Below are positions 60,276-64,000 of a stretch of 64,000 bases of DNA, piece by piece. Position 1 is the stretch's first letter. Each line of letters starts with the position of its first letter. The notes below the pieces were generated by a model. It was not told the origin of the DNA and ran no database searches. It saw only the letters and a list, made by a program, of their open reading frames with translations. The translations under genes were made by a program, and so were the position numbers. Source of the stretch: Nitrosopumilaceae archaeon (lineage in GTDB: Archaea; Thermoproteota; Nitrososphaeria; Nitrososphaerales; Nitrosopumilaceae); assembly GCA_965214835.1 (NCBI GenBank), contig CBDCCK010000002.1:3040001-3104000 (forward strand), written 5' to 3'.

Positions 60276-61837
60276 GTACGAGGTCACGTTCCTAAACCAG
60301 TTTCATGACCTCGTCTGCTACGGATCTGCCCCTTGCCCTCCATGTCAGTATGCACGTCATAAACCACGACCACCTCCTCATCCAGAGTTCCCCTCCCTTG
60401 ATCTGCCCGTTTATCTTGCGGAAGACGACGGCGTAACGGAGGGCACGCTCTGCGGCGTTGTTTGTGGGATGCACGTTGTCGTGCTCCAGGAACGTAAACA
60501 GGTGCGGCAGCGAGCTTGTCAGTCTGCGCAGTACCGGGCCCAGGACGGGGTCGTCCGTGCTTTCCCGGTACCCGAACAGTATGTTGCGCAGCCAGGACTC
60601 GAACCTTCTGCGCAGATCCTTGCCCCTGTCCTTCCTCGCTGCCCTGACGGCGCTGCGGTACAGCTGCCGAAGCTGCTCGTACAGTATTCCCGCAAACAGC
60701 GGGGCGCCCTGCTTTTGCGCCGCGTATTTTGATACGCGCAGCTCGTGCGACCAGCACAGCTGGTGCCTGTCCTCCCCGTTGAACCTGTCATACACCGAAT
60801 ACTTGTCAGATGTCACTATTCCGCCATACCCCTCCATGTGCCTGTCCAAGAACAGTGCGCCCCTGCTCGTATTGTACTCGACAAACACGCCGTTGTCCGT
60901 CTCGGCAGTCCATGTCCATATGCGGCTGCCGTTCATGTTGGCCGCAGTCTCGTCTATTCTGACGTTGGATGATCTCTTGATGCCGCCCAGGATCGCGCCT
61001 GACGGCTTTTGCATAGAGTCGCATACCCCTCCGATCATGTTGATTACGGTAGATTTGGCGATGCTCCTGCCGGTAAAATCCTTGAGCGTGTCTGCCACGG
61101 ACTGCAGCGGCATGTGCCTTGCGCGCAAGGCAGACACAAGGGAGATCATGTGCTTGCCGTACCTGCCCCTCCTTGGGAGTCCGTCGTCTGCTGATATCAT
61201 AATGCCGCACAGTCTGCATGTGGCACGCTCGGTTATGTGCCGCGTCTCTGTCATCCTGACCGGTTCAAAGTCGATGATGTCCCGTATCAGGGCAGTTATG
61301 TCCATGGCCCTCCCGCACATGCACACCGGCGAGCACGTCCCGTCGTTGTCCTGGAACGTGTGAAGCACCGTCTTCTGTGGGTCGTGTCTTCTGGATGTCC
61401 CCTTGTGGCCCCTCTGGCCTCCCGGCTTTTTGCCGGTGCCACTATTGCTGCCGTTGCCACGGTTACTGGCCCTCTCCCTTTTCCGCTGCGCCTTTTGCCT
61501 CTTGTACTCTAGTGATTCTGCAGACGGTGGCGAGTTCTCGTTCTCGTAGTACCGGAGCCGCCTGTTCTGCTCCTCGATTGTCCTGTCCTTCTCCTTCATC
61601 ATCCTGTTCTGCTCCTCGATTGTCCTGTCCTTCTCCTTCATCATCCTGCACATTGCCTTTTGGTTATTTTCTAGCGTGCTTATTCTGTCTGTGAATGATA
61701 CGATTGTGGCCTCTAGTTCGCGGTATGTGGGTCGACGGCCTTTCATGTTGATGCTATACAGGCATCGTATTTGATCAGCATGATCGCAATATGTTAAGCA
61801 GGTTGTCAAAACACGTCAAAACTAGGTGACCTCGTAC
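60276..61837 (-). mobile_element. Apparently intact IS66-family (ISBst12-like) element, family A
   Basis: TIR GTACGAGGTCAC; 8-bp duplication CTTTAGGC at 60268-60275 and 61838-61845. Confidence 0.95.
60292..61746 (-). CDS. IS66-family transposase
   Basis: Coiled coil with a 42-bp tandem repeat, NSPPS, KKPGGQRGHKG, zinc finger, IDET, SDKYSVY, QLCWSHELR and TNNAAERALR motifs; start at MKGRR assumed. Confidence 0.93.
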   Translation of the reverse strand: MKGRRPTYRELEATIVSFTDRISTLENNQKAMCRMMKEKDRTIEEQNRMMKEKDRTIEEQNRRLRYYENENSPPSAESLEYKRQKAQRKRERASNRGNGSNSGTGKKPGGQRGHKGTSRRHDPQKTVLHTFQDNDGTCSPVCMCGRAMDITALIRDIIDFEPVRMTETRHITERATCRLCGIMISADDGLPRRGRYGKHMISLVSALRARHMPLQSVADTLKDFTGRSIAKSTVINMIGGVCDSMQKPSGAILGGIKRSSNVRIDETAANMNGSRIWTWTAETDNGVFVEYNTSRGALFLDRHMEGYGGIVTSDKYSVYDRFNGEDRHQLCWSHELRVSKYAAQKQGAPLFAGILYEQLRQLYRSAVRAARKDRGKDLRRRFESWLRNILFGYRESTDDPVLGPVLRRLTSSLPHLFTFLEHDNVHPTNNAAERALRYAVVFRKINGQIKGGELWMRRWSWFMTCILTWRARGRSVADEVMKLV

Positions 61838-61865
61838 CTTTAGGCTTTACCGATCAAGAAAACCG

Positions 61866-62834
61866 ATGGTTGCAAGGCTCAAGGCAAAGCAGATCAGATA
61901 CGCAGTGACGCAGTGTGCAGGGGGACGAAAGCCCTCGGAGGTGGCCCCGGAGATAGGCGTCACGACAAGGCACGTCCAGCGGATGTATGCCAGGTTCAGG
62001 AAGACAGGCGACACGCACCACGTGCCGCTCAAGCCGGGAAGGAAAAGGAGCGCCCCGGTTCCCGACGTGGCCGTGCGCGCAGTCCTAGAGGAGTACAAAC
62101 ACAGTGCAGCAGGGGTGGTTCATACGGCCAAGAGGCTGCGAAGGCAACTCGATATAAGCTACTACGAGGTATACAGGATAATGAAAGAAAACGGACTGGT
62201 GACGCCATCGGCTGCAAAATCAATGCCCAGAAAATACGTCCGCTTTGAGCGCAAATACTCCAATGCCATGTGGCACGTGGACTGGCATACCATGAAGGAT
62301 CCGCGCTTTGCAGGGCTCAATTTGGTCACGTTTCTGGACGACTCGTCCAGGTGCGTGACTGGTGCGGGCCTGTTCAGGGAGGCCACCTCGGAGAACGTCG
62401 TGGCGGTCCTGCGGCAGGCCGTGGCCCAGTTCGGCGCACCTGCTACTATTCTATCAGACAACGGCAAGTGCTTTGTCGGGGCACGCTCGGATCCGAAGAA
62501 GAGAAAGAACCCTCCCAAGAAAGGGTGGACGCCGACTGCCTTTGAGGAGGAGCTGCTCAACCTCGGAATCGAGCTGATAAACTCCAGGCCGTACCACCCA
62601 CAGACCAACGGCAAGCTGGAACGCTTCCATCGGAGCATCGAGGAGGAGATATGGAACCACGAGAGCCTGTCTGCGTACATCGGCTACTACAACGAGGACA
62701 GGCTGCACTGGTCGCTGGATATAGACAACTACCAGACGCCTCTGCGAGCATTCTGTGACAGGAAGGCCACAGAAGCGATCAGGAAAAGCAACCCAAAATG
62801 GATGGAGGAGGACACCGGTGATGGTGCGACATAA
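61866..62834 (+). CDS. IS481-family transposase (first ~10 codons separated by the IS66 insertion)
   Basis: WHVDW, ILSDNG and HPQTNGKLERFH motifs; original N-terminus TTG-RRVAKDYFR at ~60245 is homologous to MRKAKEYFTLYRS of the 2922 copy. Confidence 0.92.
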   Translation: MVARLKAKQIRYAVTQCAGGRKPSEVAPEIGVTTRHVQRMYARFRKTGDTHHVPLKPGRKRSAPVPDVAVRAVLEEYKHSAAGVVHTAKRLRRQLDISYYEVYRIMKENGLVTPSAAKSMPRKYVRFERKYSNAMWHVDWHTMKDPRFAGLNLVTFLDDSSRCVTGAGLFREATSENVVAVLRQAVAQFGAPATILSDNGKCFVGARSDPKKRKNPPKKGWTPTAFEEELLNLGIELINSRPYHPQTNGKLERFHRSIEEEIWNHESLSAYIGYYNEDRLHWSLDIDNYQTPLRAFCDRKATEAIRKSNPKWMEEDTGDGAT

Positions 62835-62849
62835 TTTTCATATAATACA

Positions 62850-63155
62850 TGATTCCAAGGATGGCAGCAGACGCATTAAAGATTGATTTGAGTCGGGCAG
62901 AAAAATCAAACTCTGCCGGTGTGGGAGGCATCTTTGCGACCTACGAAACCAAGATACATCTTGAAACCATCCACCGCGGAACTCCCGTGGACATCGGCAT
63001 GGTGGATGTTTCAATTACAGAAATAGAGTCAGAAGGAACGGACTGAGCAGAACACACTCTTAGGAGAAAGTCAACTGTTCAGGAAGTATCAGATTACGTG
63101 TAATGAACATGACAGGACAATCCTGTTTGAGAGGATTGAACCACGACGCCAGTAA
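62850..63155 (+). pseudogene. 5'-truncated, frameshifted retropepsin-like aspartic protease
   Basis: IP..AADALKIDL...SAGVGG then, in another frame, TLLGESQLFRKYQIT; the catalytic D(S/T)GA was removed at the IS481 end. Confidence 0.5.
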
Positions 63156-63323
63156 TCCCGTTGGCACTACTGGCCCGGCTGCATGCCATCGGACAGCACG
63201 CCAGCGAGCTCTTCGGCCCGAGTGCAGTACCCGGACTAAAGCCGCGTTGATCACAGCGGCAAATCCTTTACAGAACCGCGCACAGCTGCCGTCCAGGAGA
63301 GGTTCACCCATCTTGGATTAGCG

Positions 63324-63348
63324 TGAGCCCCTCGGGGATCGAACCCGG
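63324..63348 (-). other. tRNA 3'-end-like fragment (T-arm plus acceptor strand), possible att-site relic
   Basis: CCGGG-TTCGATC-CCCGA-GGGGCTC-A; no matching 5' half nearby. Confidence 0.35.
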
Positions 63349-64000
63349 ATCTTAATCGGGCGTATTCTCATCATATTGGGAGCCTATGATTTTCATGCCT
63401 GGCTGGTAGGTGGGACGCGGCCTCATACCACAGATCAGTCGAGATCAGGGCCAGCGACGTGGGCCGCATCCGTTATGATCATGTTGGAGAGTTTAGAGTC
63501 AGACCAGCTGCCGAGCTAGGAAACAGCCCCCATACGATGAGGCCGGCCTTAGAGAACCATGCTCCAAAGGCCATCAAAGCTTGAAGGCTCGAGGCACCAG
63601 TGCAGAATTGCAGGATGCGGCAAAGCTTGAGCAGGAATCGCCATTTAAGAAAATGGGACAATTTGAAAAATCACAGTGCAATCCCTGCCCGGCACAGCAT
63701 GCAAGTGCTCTGCCGCAGCACTGTGCAAAGGGATATTGCCAGAATCCAGCAAGTCGTTTGAAAGAGACAGGCCAGGAATTTTTGAGGCATCTATTCGTAC
63801 AACCAGCACCTGACATAGCCTGTTTCGGTTTTAAACCTGGGAGGAAGCTGCTTGCATTTTTCAACTGCCTGAGGACACCTGCCCAGGAATCTGCACCGTG
63901 TCGGCTCGTCAAGCAAGCTTGGCGGAACTCCTTTGATGTACTTTGGCGTGTCTCCGCCCAGGGTGGGAATTGATTCCAGCAGTCCCTGCGTGTACGGATG

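Larger units (their letters stand above)
60215..62849 (+). mobile_element. IS481-family element carrying a nested IS66
   Basis: 26-bp TIR TGTATTGTACGAAAATTAGGTCGCAC / rc TGTATTATATGAAAATTATGTCGCAC; no target duplication. Confidence 0.9.

Noticed and set aside
63120-63320. Cluster of small hairpins suggesting an omega/HEARO-type ncRNA
   Set aside because: The first part is explained as protease-pseudogene coding sequence, there is no IscB/TnpB/HNH gene nearby, and the stems are short.
63500-64000. Short ORFs at the window end
   Set aside because: No recognisable motifs; probably decayed mobile DNA, and no call can be supported.

Overview
Chromosomal window from a GC-rich ammonia-oxidising archaeon (Nitrosopumilaceae/Thaumarchaeota-like). 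A host-associated, Cenarchaeum-like lifestyle is inferred from the IS load and the giant surface protein. Intact core genes include aroC, a chorismate mutase-aminotransferase fusion, tyrA, NUDIX, thiC, geranylgeranyl reductase, cofD/cofC, SUI1, Sec61beta, DUF2070, a peptide ABC binding protein and tsr3. Almost every intergenic gap is filled with IS elements (IS481-, IS66-, IS630-, IS5- and ISH3/IS4-like), their remnants and at least seven MITE families, several with readable TIRs and target duplications and several nested. Accessory cargo comprises (i) an AT-rich, frameshifted DUF3800-like gene followed immediately by a GC-rich structured RNA-like element (best candidate for an uncharacterised protein+ncRNA system), (ii) an SNF2 helicase-SWIM pair bracketed by ~110-bp direct repeats next to a HinP1I-like restriction enzyme fragment, (iii) a putative RelE/YafQ-like toxin-antitoxin pair that reassembles in frame once two IS are removed, and (iv) a 14.6-kb gene for a 4,861-aa multi-propeller/Ig surface protein fused to a LivJ-type solute-binding domain. 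All calls come from reading the sequence by eye; no searches were run.
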